Shown: positions 1 through 14,059, counted from the whole stretch's first letter. The stretch is DNA of 63,959 bases, filler included, from Octopus bimaculoides (GCF_001194135.2; 5 parts of 5 records of this genome joined end to end with filler, not necessarily neighbours in it); one strand, 5' to 3'. A program made the numbers and translations. The notes: generated by a model not told the origin, from the sequence alone.

Positions 1-493
1 TATAAATAGATACATAATTATGATCAAAAGGTAAGCTAATAGCTTCGCCACGCACTGATTTTAGAAATAGGAGCTAAATGCCTTTTCTACAACCATAAAG
101 ATCTCCCAGGCAGTAACACACTTTTTTACGTAAGCAAAATGAAAAAAAATAATGAATCCACACGACTCAGATTAGCTACATACGTGTTTCGAGATTAAAG
201 TAAAGTTATATTTACTTACTTATTTCTCATCGTCAGTGCAGCATTCAGAAATATATTGAAATTATACACACACACACACATATATACACATGCACAGTCG
301 TACAACATTAAAACTAAAATTAAAACTTTTTTGAGTCTCGGGTCACTACGATCTTTAGTCCTCACCTGAAGACCGCAGTGGCATGAAACTCAAGTCCCAA
401 GATAAATTCTAAGTTTCAGTTTCAAAAAAGAATTCCATATCCTCCAGCACATATATATTGAGAATTGTCGTTTCATTTGTCCAACAAACCATC

Positions 494-586
<93 letters not shown>

Positions 587-719
587 GGTGCGTGGATATG
601 AGTTGGTGTATGTATGTGTATGTGCATGTTTTCAAGTATGTGCGCGTTGTTGTATGTATGTATGTAAGTAAGTAAATAACGGTTACTGCCTCGAATGTCC
701 CTTGACTTAACAGACATCA

Positions 720-1280
720 ACGAATGCTCGTCATTTTGATCTTTCCCCAGAGTCTGTTGCTACCTCCGGTCAGTGGAGATTTTTCCTCTCAGAGTATACT
801 TCTCAAACACACGAACTTCATTCCGCCTCTAACAGTACCTCAAATTCTATCTTTTACTGCCTCACACACACACACGCACACATTACACCACTTCACATTT
901 TGGTAACACCTTGAATCACTTTATTTCTCCCAAGTAAAGTGATTTCACCCCAAAACTTCTTCATAAATTTTTAAATGATTAGCTAAATTTTGATCGATAT
1001 GCCATGAATCTCCTTCATATATCAAAACACTTCATGCTCGTGACATCCAGTTTAATTTTCATATGAATCGCCCGCCTCTTTGATTTTAATGTATTTCAAA
1101 GCCTTTCATTGCTAGATTTGCCTTCTTAAATCTTTCATTAAATTCACTTTCTAAAGACCCATCACTTTCTATAAAACTTCCAGCATATTTAAACTATTAA
1201 ACTCTTTTAATACCTACCCACTCAAAGGCACATTTCTTCTATTCGCCTGCTAAATCTTCATAATCTATTCATAATACCAG
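720..1280 (-). mobile_element. Degenerate RTE-clade LINE reverse-transcriptase C-terminal fragment
   Basis: Minus strand reads FKYAGSFIESDGSLESEFNERFKKANLAM...SVLIYEGDSW, resembling the RTE motif FKYLGS-I--DG----EI--RI-KA...VLLYGSETW; stops and frameshifts. Confidence 0.55.
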
Positions 1281-1378
1281 TTATTATGTTTTTATATGTA
1301 ATTATGGATGTGTGGGTGTATGAAGTATATATAAAAATATATATATGCATACACATAAATATATATGTTTACATCTGC

Positions 1379-1423
<45 letters not shown>

Positions 1424-1994
1424 AGCAAAGACAAACTCACACACAGCATACACTCACATATATATGTATGTAGATATTTCTGGGAGATTTTATGAGTTTT
1501 AGCGTGGATTAAATACAAAAAATACCTAGCAAAATATGTTACACATCATTTCAGTGAGAAGGTACTTCGACTCGAAACGATAAACTCACTACAATAAAAT
1601 TGCTTGAAAAACAGGCAACTTGAAAATCCCATGCCTTCGTTCATGAAGCGCATGGCTGCTGCTGCTTCATGCTCGAAGCAGTTTTATATGTGTAGTTGTA
1701 TCGTCAAACTTACTTCATACGAGGAAAAATTAGCATTTCTAGAACATGCTCGTTTGCTTACTGGATTATGTCACTTTTAACGTAGATATACAGTCTTTTT
1801 CATAGGATTAGTGTATTGACTCCAGTTAATATGTGAAAATGGTTTCAAAAACGATTTACACAGTCCACATCTTTCTCGTACGACATTTCTTTAGGATGTC
1901 CAAAGTCTGAACGAGATTAAAGTCGATAATTCTAAAATACGGAAGAAATAACACATGATTACTTATTCTTATGTCTAAGGAACAAAAATATGTG

Positions 1995-2240
1995 TTGTTA
2001 TTATTATTATCTTCCGATTGCTTTATCTTCCGATCGGGTCTCAGCCAGAGACCTAAGGTACGTATATATTAGGAGAAAAACTTCCTGAGAATATGTGCAG
2101 TTGATGTCAACACAATTTTTGGATTCTTATATATTGTTAGTTTCCCAGAGATCTGGTCAAAAAAATTGTCACTACTTTTCTTGATTGCTCTCAGGACACC
2201 TACAACAACATGGATGAGATCCTTATATATCAACAGTTTA
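1995..2240 (-). mobile_element. R4/Dong-like RLE LINE 3' end fragment
   Basis: Minus strand RIQKIVLTSTAHILRKF (typical C-terminus IQK-VL--TAHILRK); (TTA)n on both sides. Confidence 0.6.
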
Positions 2241-2510
2241 TTATTATTATTATTATTATTATTATAATTATTATTATTATTTCAATGTCTAAAAAAAAAC
2301 CCATATCTAATGAAAAATGCTTAGATGAGTATAAACAATGCCGGGAAATAACTTTGTGACATGAAGCAGAATAGATTCATCGGTCACTGGAATTATCTTT
2401 GACTGGATTAAAATCTCAACAAATCCTTGATTATAAGCAGTTTCTTTTTACCAATCTGCTTTCATTTCTTAATATCTGAAGCCTACGGTTCGGCATTACA
2501 CTTCGTCCGG

Positions 2511-2582
2511 TTACTCTATCGACCATTTCGTGCGGTCATTCTATCGACCACTTCGTGTGGCCACTCTATCGACCACTTCTTG
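2511..2582. repeat. About 22-bp tandem repeat, 3 copies
   Basis: ctctatcgacca(t/c)ttcgtg(c/t)ggtca-like unit repeated three times. Confidence 0.8.
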
Positions 2583-3296
2583 GTCTGTGGCACCAAATTA
2601 TATTAGAGATTCTGATAGTTGTTCAGACTAAGCACAACCGTGCCACATGTATGTTGTGTTTACCAAAGCATCTTCAACTCTCAGTGGACATTTCTATCAA
2701 ACTCTGTCCCTAACAATCATCAATCACACACGCTCAATTCTCTCTTCTTTTTTTTTTTTATTGATGTTGAAATCTTAACACAAACGAAAATCCTATCAGA
2801 GAAGATATTAATTTTGATTAAATATCCAGCCAGAAATCTCTTTTCTTCATGGCTGACCAGTATATTCATATAAATGTTATTGCAGCATTCTAACACCAAA
2901 CAGCCAATGGCATCATGGCGTGGCTGCTTACTCTACCTTTGGTTACACACGATAAAGATGCAATTCTATTAAAGCCGTCTTGAAGAATGACCACAATATA
3001 GGAAACATAATGCAACGGAGGCAAGTATTGGATTTCAAAAAGAAATCATAGACGCAGACAATAATACAAAGCATACAGCCATGGGATAAACGTAATGGAA
3101 TATAATAGAATAAAAGATATTAGTAGCGTAACATCTGAAGTGATTTATAAAGGCGGAAGAAAAATTTTCAGTACCATCGGAGAGAAAGGTGAATGCAGAA
3201 TGTTCCATCAGCATGCATTGCGGTTACCGTTCTTTATAATGAATCCACAGAGACACTTACCTGCAAAGAAATGGAAAAAAGCATAAATGAATAAAA

Positions 3297-3327
<31 letters not shown>

Positions 3328-4270
3328 CTAACATATATATATATAGTCAATTGGAACGGAGAAAAATCTATGCATATATATATATATATATGTACATAAT
3401 ACACACACATTTATACATATATATATATATGGGAGAATTTACGAAAAAAACAACAAACAAAGACAGGTGGTGTAAACAACAAATGGATGTATTAGTANNN
3501 NNNNNNNNNNNNNNNNNNNNNNNNNNNNNNNNNNNNNNNNNNNNNNNNNNNNNNNNNNNNNNNNNNNNNNNNNNNNNNNNNNNNNNNNNNNNNNNNNNNN
3601 NNNNNNNNNNNNNNNNNNNNNNNNNNNNNNNNNNNNNNNNNNNNNNNNNNNNNNNNNNNNNNNNNNNNNNNNNNNNNNNNNNNNNNNNNNNNNNNNNNNN
3701 NNNNNNNNNNNNNNNNNNNNNNNNNNNNNNNNNNNNNNNNNNNNNNNNNNNNNNNNNNNNNNNNNNNNNNNNNNNNNNNNNNNNNNNNNNNNNNNNNNNN
3801 NNNNNNNNNNNNNNNNNNNNNNNNNNNNNNNNNNNNNNNNNNNNNNNNNNNNNNNNNNNNNNNNNNNNNNNNNNNNNNNNNNNNNNNNNNNNNNNNNNNN
3901 NNNNNNNNNNNNNNNNNNNNNNNNNNNNNNNNNNNNNNNNNNNNNNNNNNNNNNNNNNNNNNNNNNNNNNNNNNNNNNNNNNNNNNNNNNNNNNNNNNNN
4001 NNNNNNNNNNNNNNNNNNNNNNNNNNNNNNNNNNNNNNNNNNNNNNNNNNNNNNNNNNNNNNNNNNNNNNNNNNNNNNNNNNNNNNNNNNNNNNNNNNNN
4101 NNNNNNNNNNNNNNNNNNNNNNNNNNNNNNNNNNNNNNNNNNNNNNNNNNNNNNNNNNNNNNNNNNNNNNNNNNNNNNNNNNNNNNNNNNNNNNNNNNNN
4201 NNNNNNNNNNNNNNNNNNNNNNNNNNNNNNNNNNNNNNNNNNNNNNNNNNNNNNNNNNNNNNNNNNNNNN

Positions 4271-4303
<33 letters not shown>

Positions 4304-5393
4304 TATCAATAAATGTATTTATTCGCTGTGTATTTATTTATCTACTTACCTACCTACCTACTTACCTACCTCACACACACTAACACATATTCACACGCAT
4401 ACACGCAAGAACAAAAAAGAATCGTTAAAATACCCATGACCTGCCCTAGAGGTGGGTACCAGAATTTTGGTCAGGGTCAGGTGTCAGGGGTCAACTGTCA
4501 GGCAGCAGCTCCTGGGGTTTTGGCATTGATTCAGAAGACTTTGTCCAGGTTAAGTCGAATGATTGCTTTTGTTGTGTAGTTATATGACGTGTTATCTCTT
4601 CTACAACGATTTGTGCGCTCGCTTGTGTATATGTGTGTATGTATGTATATTATATATATATATATATATATATGCATACACACGTCCATTTACAGTTACA
4701 TATGTATGCGTATATATATATATAGGGCGAGAGAGAGAGAAATCAATTTGAAACATAGATGGGTTAGGTTGACAATTAAAAAATATATACACACACGCAC
4801 CCATGCGCGCGCACGCGCACACTCTCCCAAAGAGCGTTAACATTGACACCCAGTTACACACAAACATGCTTACTTGCACGCACACATATTTATATATTTA
4901 CATTTATACACACGCACATGAAAATATTCATATATGTATATACATACACACACACATATATATATGTGTGTGTATGCATGTATATATATATGTATGCATG
5001 TATATATATATATATNNNNNNNNNNNNNNNNNNNNNNNNNNNNNNNNNNNNNNNNNNNNNNNNNNNNNNNNNNNNNNNNNNNNNNNNNNNNNNNNNNNNN
5101 NNNNNNNNNNNNNNNNNNNNNNNNNNNNNNNNNNNNNNNNNNNNNNNNNNNNNNNNNNNNNNNNNNNNNNNNTATATATATTAAAATGAGAAGAATGGTG
5201 AATTTGAACATTCAAACTATGTTTAACGTCGCATAAACTCTTATACAGACGAACAAACTGGATGCAAATTTAAATCACATTGCAAGATACCCATACAACA
5301 AAAACATATTAGAATTAAATATTCTGCATGAATCATTGACGGTAATAAATGAAAACAGTGTGCGTGTATATATACATACATACATATATATAT

Positions 5394-5510
5394 GACGGGC
5401 TTCTTTTAGTTTCCTTCTGCCTACCAAATCCACTCACAAGGCTTTGGTCAGCCCGAAGCTATAGTGGAAAACACTTGCCCAAGGTGCCACGCAGTGGGAT
5501 TGAACCCAGA
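5394..5510 (-). mobile_element. SINE family A, 5' half (tRNA head plus CORE-like segment)
   Basis: gacgggcttctt...ccaaatccactcacaaggctttggtc...cacttgcccaaggtgccacgcagtgggattgaaccc, shared with many other copies in the window. Confidence 0.85.
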
Positions 5511-6645
5511 TGCTTTAACACCTGGAGTATTCTCAATCGCGCCAGTAGCAGCCTACCGCCAAATACTCGAGGCGTATACGTGAAATATGTGTGGTTCATG
5601 CAGTATGTGTGTGTGTGTGTGTGTAGAAGTAGACAGACAAGGACATATGTGAAGAAATAGATTATTCGATAAAAGCGGTTGTTTAGGCAGATAAATAAAT
5701 AGAGAAATACATAGAACAATCAATACGCTGATGGACCAATAGAAAGTTAGGTAGGGGGGGGGTGTAAGGACCTCACCTTCTCTTACATCTATTCTTGTAT
5801 ATTGACACCAAAACAATCAATCTATTGACAAACTATCTAACCATAATGCAATTTTATGATAAATATTCTGTAAAGCATCACGACTTGTTCCAAAGTATTG
5901 CTTTCAAATCGACATCTGGTCCTTGTGTGCAATTTTTTGTTTACGAGTGTCCACTATGTGGCAAAAATTGGATGTGAATCTTTGGATTGAAGGTAGCCCA
6001 TGATTTATCGTAATTGTTCGTGTTTTCCTTTCGCCAGTCACTGGTCTTGAGAAAATAGTTCCAACAAACATACAGACATACAAACATAATGCACATATAC
6101 ATACACACATGTATGTACTGCGTAGCTCGTTCAAATTCTGATGGTGTCACGGGGCGCTGTTGTTGTTATACAGCCCGTGTTTCTAGCATTTTTAAAGCTA
6201 AAGATGTCTACCATTATTCATGTTTGATCACGTTTATATATGTATGAATGTAAAAAAAATTCGCTTTTACCATTTAAGAAATCAACGTATGATCTCTACG
6301 ATAATCTTATAAGCTGAGAAGGCGAGTTGTGTTTAACCCAAGGCTCTAGGTGAGAGTCATTAACAAGCATTAACAAAAATGCGAAATGACAATGTTCTGG
6401 CTATACTTGGACTGGATTGCCTGAGGAAATGCTTGTATTACCTGAGGAAACACAAGTAGAAACCTGAGGATAGCACAGGGTGAAATCTAAAGGTGGACGA
6501 GCTTTAGAGTGTACTCTACTACGTTCTTAACAGAATATACCATAACTATATATANNNNNNNNNNNNNNNNNNNNNNNNNNNNNNNNNNNNNNNNNNNNNN
6601 NNNNNNNNNNNNNNNNNNNNNNNNNNNNNNNNNNNNNNNNNNNNN

Positions 6646-6687
<42 letters not shown>

Positions 6688-6689
<2 letters not shown>

Positions 6690-7068
6690 CTCTTTTAATT
6701 GTTTCAGTCATTTGACTGCGGTCATGCTGGAGTACCGACTTTAGTCGAACAAATAGACCCCAAGACCTATTTGTAAGTCTAGTACTTATTCTGTCGAGGC
6801 CTTTTACTGAACTGCTAAGTTACGGGGACGTAAACACACCAACATCGGTTGTCAGATGATGGTGGAGTGACGAACACACAAAGAAAGACGGACAGACATA
6901 TATACGATGGGCTTCTTTCAGTTTCCGCCTACCAAATCCACTCAGAAGGCTTTGGTCGGCCCAAGGCAACAGTAGAAGACAATTGTCCAAGGGGGCCACA
7001 CAGTGGGACTGAACCCGCAACCATCTGGTTGGGAAGCAAGCTGCTTACCACACAGCTACTCCTGGGCC
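6688..7068 (-). mobile_element. SINE family A, full length
   Basis: Head (rc) ggcccaggagtagctgtgtggtaag...gggttcagtcccactg through tail aaatgactgaaacaattaaaagag. Confidence 0.9.
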
Positions 7069-7186
7069 TATATATACACTCACGCGCACATATATATGTA
7101 TATATATATATATATATATATGTATGTAGATATAAATGCATATATATGTATGCATATATATATATATCTGTATGTATGTATTTATA

Positions 7187-7315
7187 TCTTTTACTTGTTT
7201 CAGACGTTTTAACTGCGGCCATACTGGGGCACGGCCTTGAAGGGTTTTTAGTCGAACAAATCAACCTTAGGACTTATATTTTAAAACTTAGTACTTATTC
7301 TATCAGACTCTTTTG
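7187..7315 (-). mobile_element. SINE family A, 3' fragment
   Basis: ttttacttgtttcag...actgcggccatactggggca...gtcgaacaaatcaacc...agtacttattctatc. Confidence 0.75.
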
Positions 7316-7333
7316 CGCGCGCGCGCGTGTGTG

Positions 7334-7376
<43 letters not shown>

Positions 7377-7508
7377 GCTTATATTGAAATGTAATATACA
7401 TAATCTATATAATGCATATATATAATATATAAATGATATCTATCCATCTATTTATCTATCTGTCTGTCTGTTACTCTCTGAATTCTGAACATATATATAT
7501 ATATATAT

Positions 7509-7601
<93 letters not shown>

Positions 7602-8008
7602 TGCATGTGTGTCTATATGTATGTATGTATAATAATTTAGAAAATGAATAAATTAAAATAAAGTAAATAATATGAAAGTGGAAAAAAAAAAAGAACTGCC
7701 CCCACCCCAAGTGCGTGGTTTTTTTTTTTTGAGCCAGAGTATTTCAAGTCTGAATTGAGAGAGGTATTTTGGTAGCAGCGCATCGATAATATGCTGTTCA
7801 CGGAATTATTTTTCGTCTTTTCCAGTCTGGTGAATAAATTGAATAAATATGTAAATAAGTATGTATGTATGTATGCACGGATGCGTGTGTGTGCATGTAT
7901 CTATGTGTGTGTATGTATGTATGTGCATGTATGCGTGTATATATCCGAGCGTGTGCACATGGATGCATTTTGTAAGAGTTTATCTATGTAAACACACACC
8001 GAGATACA

Positions 8009-8050
<42 letters not shown>

Positions 8051-8213
8051 GATGCGTTTATCTATTTCTATATGCACATAAACACGCACACACGTGTGTG
8101 TATGCATTGGCACATGCATGTTCACCAAAGTATCAATACGTATATATATACTTATATAAGTACACATACGCACATACACACACACACACACATATGCATA
8201 CACACACATGGAA

Positions 8214-8247
<34 letters not shown>

Positions 8248-8744
8248 GGAGGGAGTGAAAGATTGAGAGAAAGCTATTTGTATATGCGTGTCTACGTATC
8301 TACTTTAACATTTATATTCATATTTACACACAAGCAACTCAATTACATAATCGTTGCTATTATGTTAAAGTGTCGTATGCCCGAATTTAGCCAAATGCGT
8401 TTTTTTTTCAATATTTAATTTTGCTTGCAATAGCCAGTTCATTTGGTCAAACTACTTTATCTCCAGCTGCTTCACATGCCAATATATCAAAAATGTAGTT
8501 ACTATAGAATGTTGAAACTATGTTATCAACAAGCAAAAATGCTAGCTGAAAATCTAAGAGATCGACGCAGTAGTTGTACTGACGAGTAATATCCGTAGTC
8601 ACTTTAGCATGGCTGTCCGTTCGAGCGGACTCTACTGCGATTTTTTAACCCCAAGCGCACATCTCAGCTATGCATCGTTAATCAGCTAGGGGAGATGAAA
8701 ACCCATGCTAAAACTGCTGCTTTAGATATTCTTACTGATAAATG

Positions 8745-9822
8745 GCAAAAAACCCCCTCTCAATGGCAAATACCCATAGTAAGCTAATAATGCTGATGTT
8801 GACAAAGCCCTTACCCCAATGGTTATTGTCTTCTGGCTTAAAATCAGTGACAGAAGGGTTTACCATAGCAGCCCAAGATCAATGCCCTACCTACAAGAAG
8901 CTACCAGGTCAACATCTTAAAGAACTGCAGAGGCCCAGCATGTCGTGTATGTCAACAACAAAATGAAACTATTGACCATGTTGTCTCCATGCGCAGTCTT
9001 CTTGCGCCTACGGAGTATCTCAACAGGCAGGATAGAGTTGCACAGTGTATTCACTGGGTAATTTGTAAAGACCTGGTCCTGTCCCATGGTAATAACTGAT
9101 GGGAACACACACCACCTCCAGTGCTTGAAAATGATCACATCTCACTCCTCTGGAACTTCACCGTTCAAACGGACAGAAAGATAGATGCGAATAGGCCAGA
9201 CATTACATTGAAAGACTTCAGACAAAAATCCTGCCTCCTCATTGATATGACTGTCCCAATCGATATAAACGTATCTGTCAAGACCTACCAAAGCCTGAGC
9301 AAGTTTAAAGATCTTGAAATAGAATTTGGCAAAATGTGGAACTTGAAGACTAAAACAATATCTGTTGTTATAGGTGCCCTAGGAATGAAAGCAAAACGGG
9401 CTGATTGCTATCTAACACAGATACCAGGAAATCCCAAAATGGAGGAAATTCAAAAAGATCGTGTTCATAGGAACTGTCCATATCCTACATAAAATATTGT
9501 CTATGTAATCCCCAAAATGTTTCAATCCGTAAACAGCGTCAAAATACTTCGAATTTTGTACATAACAGTAAACAACTTTTACTGTCATCTTAACATCAGA
9601 CTATCGTCTTATAATCAAATTACTTTTAAAACAAACTTCTAATTTACTTACATTTTGACAGACATTCTCTAGAACAATACTTTGTGAAAACTTAAATATA
9701 TAATACCCCAGTCATGACACCAACTTGAACTTCTAGTTTGTCTCTTGAGGTCTCCGGGTTAGACTTGGGGTCAACTTGTACAAATACAAAGCAAAATCGA
9801 AACATTTAATAATAATAATAAT
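8745..9822 (+). mobile_element. R4/Dong-like non-LTR retrotransposon 3' part (decayed CCHC region, RLE endonuclease, 3'UTR, (AAT)n tail)
   Basis: GLKSVTEGFTIAAQDQ; ORF 9121-9492 LLWNFTVQTDRKIDANRPDITLKD...LLIDMTVPIDINV...KFKDLEIEFGKMW...VVIGALG (PD-(D/E)xK RLE signature); ends in aataataataat at about 9808-9822. Confidence 0.85.
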
Positions 9823-9839
9823 GATGGAATTACACAATC

Positions 9840-9975
9840 AATTCCATGTAGCCATAACAGAAGTTGCTGGGAAGAATAGGTAGGATTGGCTGATGAAAGG
9901 AACCCTAAAAAAAAAAAAAGAGGCCGAGAGCCCTATACTGGCAGAGCAAGACCAAGCTTTGGCCACGAACTGGAG
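9840..9975 (+). mobile_element. Short second R4/Dong-like fragment
   Basis: WLMKGTLKK..EAESPILAEQDQALATNW matches the LK-ETE-LI-AAQDQAL-T motif; directly follows the (AAT)n tail. Confidence 0.55.
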
Positions 9976-10817
9976 GGGCAACTTTAGTGGGGCAACATCT
10001 GTATCGATCTTGCCCACGTTTGCAAGCACTATATACATACATACACGCATATATATATATATATATATATANNNNNNNNNNNNNNNNNNNNNNNNNNNNN
10101 NNNNNNNNNNNNNNNNNNNNNNNNNNNNNNNNNNNNNNNNNNNNNNNNNNNNNNNNNNNNNNNNNNNNNNNNNNNNNNNNNNNNNNNNNNNNNNNNNNNN
10201 NNNNNNNNNNNNNNNNNNNNNNNNNNNNNNNNNNNNNNNNNNNNNNNNNNNNNNNNNNNNNNNNNNNNNNNNNNNNNNNNNNNNNNNNNNNNNNNNNNNN
10301 NNNNNNNNNNNNNNNNNNNNNNNNNNNNNNNNNNNNNNNNNNNNNNNNNNNNNNNNNNNNNNNNNNNNNNNNNNNNNNNNNNNNNNNNNNNNNNNNNNNN
10401 NNNNNNNNNNNNNNNNNNNNNNNNNNNNNNNNNNNNNNNNNNNNNNNNNNNNNNNNNNNNNNNNNNNNNNNNNNNNNNNNNNNNNNNNNNNNNNNNNNNN
10501 NNNNNNNNNNNNNNNNNNNNNNNNNNNNNNNNNNNNNNNNNNNNNNNNNNNNNNNNNNNNNNNNNNNNNNNNNNNNNNNNNNNNNNNNNNNNNNNNNNNN
10601 NNNNNNNNNNNNNNNNNNNNNNNNNNNNNNNNNNNNNNNNNNNNNNNNNNNNNNNNNNNNNNNNNNNNNNNNNNNNNNNNNNNNNNNNNNNNNNNNNNNN
10701 NNNNNNNNNNNNNNNNNNNNNNNNNNNNNNNNNNNNNNNNNNNNNNNNNNNNNNNNNNNNNNNNNNNNNNNNNNNNNNNNNNNNNNNNNNNNNNNNNNNN
10801 NNNNNNNNNNNNNNNNN

Positions 10818-10873
<56 letters not shown>

Positions 10874-11746
10874 CTTCTACACAGTTTCAGTCAAGCTATT
10901 TCTCTCAAAATGTATTGGACAATCCCAGATATAGACGGAAACACTTGCCTAAGATATCCCGCACAGGGATCGAAACTGGCCATGCGTGTGCCTATAAAGG
11001 CCAGACTGAGCGCCATGTAGATATATGTGCCTGTGTGCTTATGTGAGTGTATGTGTACGTGTCTCCATGTATGCCTGTATGCACGTATCTATGTATGCGA
11101 TTATGTATGCATATGTGTGTATATATGCATGTATATAGGCATGTACATATACGCATGCGTGTGTGGGCTCTAAAGATGAAAGTATGTATGTATATGCATG
11201 CACAAAAGTTTCTCAAACACTGCCAATGAACCATGTTCTTCGACAGTAGCACCATATTCAATAGTTTTCATGGAATTGGCGGAATCTGACAAAATGCTGC
11301 TAAACTTAAAAGCTGCTTTGGTGGAAAGTGGCAGCGTTGGTGCAAAGTGCACCGGCTGCCGTGGCAGTATGTGCACTCGTTGCAGCTGTGGCAAGAATAG
11401 AAGAAACTGCAGTAGGTACGTCATTATCAGCGGTAGAAGGAGACGAAGCAGCTGGGCATAATTGATAAGTGTGTAGGTAATCAATAAGTTATCTAATCAA
11501 TTCATGTCTATTTCTATTTATATACGCACATATATTTAGTGTCTTCATGCATACATAGTGTCTTAAATGTTCACACATACATGTATATATATATATACAC
11601 ACAAACATATGTATATATACACACACAACCATATGTATATGCATGTAATTCGTAGTGTGTATAAAAAACGAACAAGGTAAAAGAAAGCTAAAATCTTTAT
11701 TTGAAGTCTAAACCTTTGAGAGTCTGGTCTGGTTGTGGGCGTATGG

Positions 11747-11783
<37 letters not shown>

Positions 11784-11789
11784 CGTACG

Positions 11790-11823
<34 letters not shown>

Positions 11824-12428
11824 NNNNNNNNNNNNNNNNNNNNNNNNNNNNNNNNNNNNNNNNNNNNNNNNNNNNNNNNNNNNNNNNNNNNNNNNNNNNN
11901 NNNNNNNNNNNNNNNNNNNNNNNNNNNNNNNNNNNNNNNNNNNNNNNNNNNNNNNNNNNNNNNNNNNNNNNNNNNNNNNNNNNNNNNNNNNNNNNNNNNN
12001 NNNNNNNNNNNNNNNNNNNNNNNNNNNNNNNNNNNNNNNNNNNNNNNNNNNNNNNNNNNNNNNNNNNNNNNNNNNNNNNNNNNNNNNNNNNNNNNNNNNN
12101 NNNNNNNNNNNNNNNNNNNNNNNNNNNNNNNNNNNNNNNNNNNNNNNNNNNNNNNNNNNNNNNNNNNNNNNNNNNNNNNNNNNNNNNNNNNNNNNNNNNN
12201 NNNNNNNNNNNNNNNNNNNNNNNNNNNNNNNNNNNNNNNNNNNNNNNNNNNNNNNNNNNNNNNNNNNNNNNNNNNNNNNNNNNNNNNNNNNNNNNNNNNN
12301 NNNNNNNNNNNNNNNNNNNNNNNNNNNNNNNNNNNNNNNNNNNNNNNNNNNNNNNNNNNNNNNNNNNNNNNNNNNNNNNNNNNNNNNNNNNNNNNNNNNN
12401 NNNNNNNNNNNNNNNNNNNNNNNNNNNN

Positions 12429-12474
<46 letters not shown>

Positions 12475-13219
12475 CTGTACAGGCATACAGATACACACAC
12501 ATATCTGTGTGTGTGAGTGCGTGTATATATTAAAGTGTATATACAAACAGATTTGTATACACGAATGGTTTGTTTGCAGTAGAGTAGGTTTGTGTCAAGC
12601 CTGTAACACTTTTAGTCAAGAAGGAAAAAGAATTGCCTGTGGCCCCTCTTGGGATCTTCGAGACAGGAATCGGAGACCTAACTTGTCACAAAGGGAATTC
12701 TCATGAGCCGAGTGAACTGTTTTGTCTGCCACCTCAAGAAACATGCCGTAAAATTAGAACTCAGAACGTTAAGAGCCGGAAAAAAGTACAACATGCGTTT
12801 TGTCCGATATTTTCACATTTCTACTGTCTACCACTTTAAACAGGCCCTTTATTTACGGCCCCAGGACTGATGAAATTCAGCATTGGGCTCCATGAGATCT
12901 TAACTTATTGCGTAAGGTACTCGAATAAAAACTAACTCTGCCAAATCACCAACAAAAATGGGTTGTGTGTAATAAGATCGATCTGTGGTGAAATTGTAGC
13001 TGATGTGATGGAGGCAGCGTAAGAATCGTAGTTACGGTTGTGGTAGATCAGGGGTGGGTCACTAGTTGAGATCACAGTGGTAGTATGGTAGCGAACAATG
13101 TCTTGGGAACTACTAGTTGTTGTTCATGTATTGTGATTAGCAGTGTTCTGCTGCTTGCTGTGACCTTCATTAGGAATGGTCAGAGTTGGTCTGTCTGTCT
13201 GTCGGTGTCTGTCTGTCTG

Positions 13220-13253
<34 letters not shown>

Positions 13254-13539
13254 ATCTATCTACGCATTGTTAAGCAGCCAGTTAGCTTTCCCATGCTCCC
13301 TGCATTAAATACGTTAACACTAAATTTAACTTATTAATTATTAAGCATGATACAACGTTTCCGGCAAACATTTTTAGTTACATTCACAGCCGGACGACAT
13401 CACAGAAAGCAGCAGCATTTGCTTATTTGTTTTCTTGTGGTTTCTTCTGCTCATTTTGGCACTGATAATTGCTTTGTTATTGAGCCCGATGCCTACAGCT
13501 ATCGACTTGTGAACTCATAAACTGAGAACAAACACGAAA

Positions 13540-13639
13540 NNNNNNNNNNNNNNNNNNNNNNNNNNNNNNNNNNNNNNNNNNNNTTAATTAATTAANNNNN
13601 NNNNNNNNNNNNNNNNNNNNNNNNNNNNNNNNNNNNNNN
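13540..13639. other. Assembly linker: 44 N + TTAATTAATTAA + 44 N (also at 26123-26134, 57049-57060, 60397-60408)
   Basis: Identical 12-mer with stops in all six frames, embedded in N runs four times. Confidence 0.93.
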
Positions 13640-13745
13640 AAGAAGAAGAAGAAAAGGAAAAAGAAGAAGAAGAAGAAGAAGAAGAAGTAGAAGAAGAAGA
13701 AGATTAGAGCAATTGACTAATAAAACCGGTTGAATCACGTACCGT

Positions 13746-13778
<33 letters not shown>

Positions 13779-14059
13779 ATACGACGTAAAGGAGAGTTAA
13801 GTTTCTTGACGAAGATTTAAAAATCTGACAAAGTAGGTCAGTTCTCGTGTGCTCTGTGTTGTTCAGAGTACTAAGATGCTGGGGTAGAAACAGTAAGGGT
13901 AGGCTGATGTGGGGTGGGGTGGTTCGGGGTGGCATGCGGGTGAGGAGACGGAAATCGATACTGCTTGCATTGATTCGGTTTTGTTGCTGTTGTTTAACCC
14001 CAGGTCGGACCTGATTCAGCAGACTCATATGATCGAAAGCATTCCTAACAAACTATCTC

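Noticed and set aside
361-400. CTGAAGA...GAAAC...GTC hammerhead-like string (also a weaker one near 1555-1590)
   Set aside because: Stems I and II do not pair convincingly; at best a decayed relic.
1632-1781. 49-codon ORF ending FLEHARLLTG, superficially finger-like
   Set aside because: Cys spacing and the second His are wrong, and there is no splice donor.
2880-3290. Possible RTE 3' fragment on the + strand
   Set aside because: Resemblance needs several frameshifts; not supportable.
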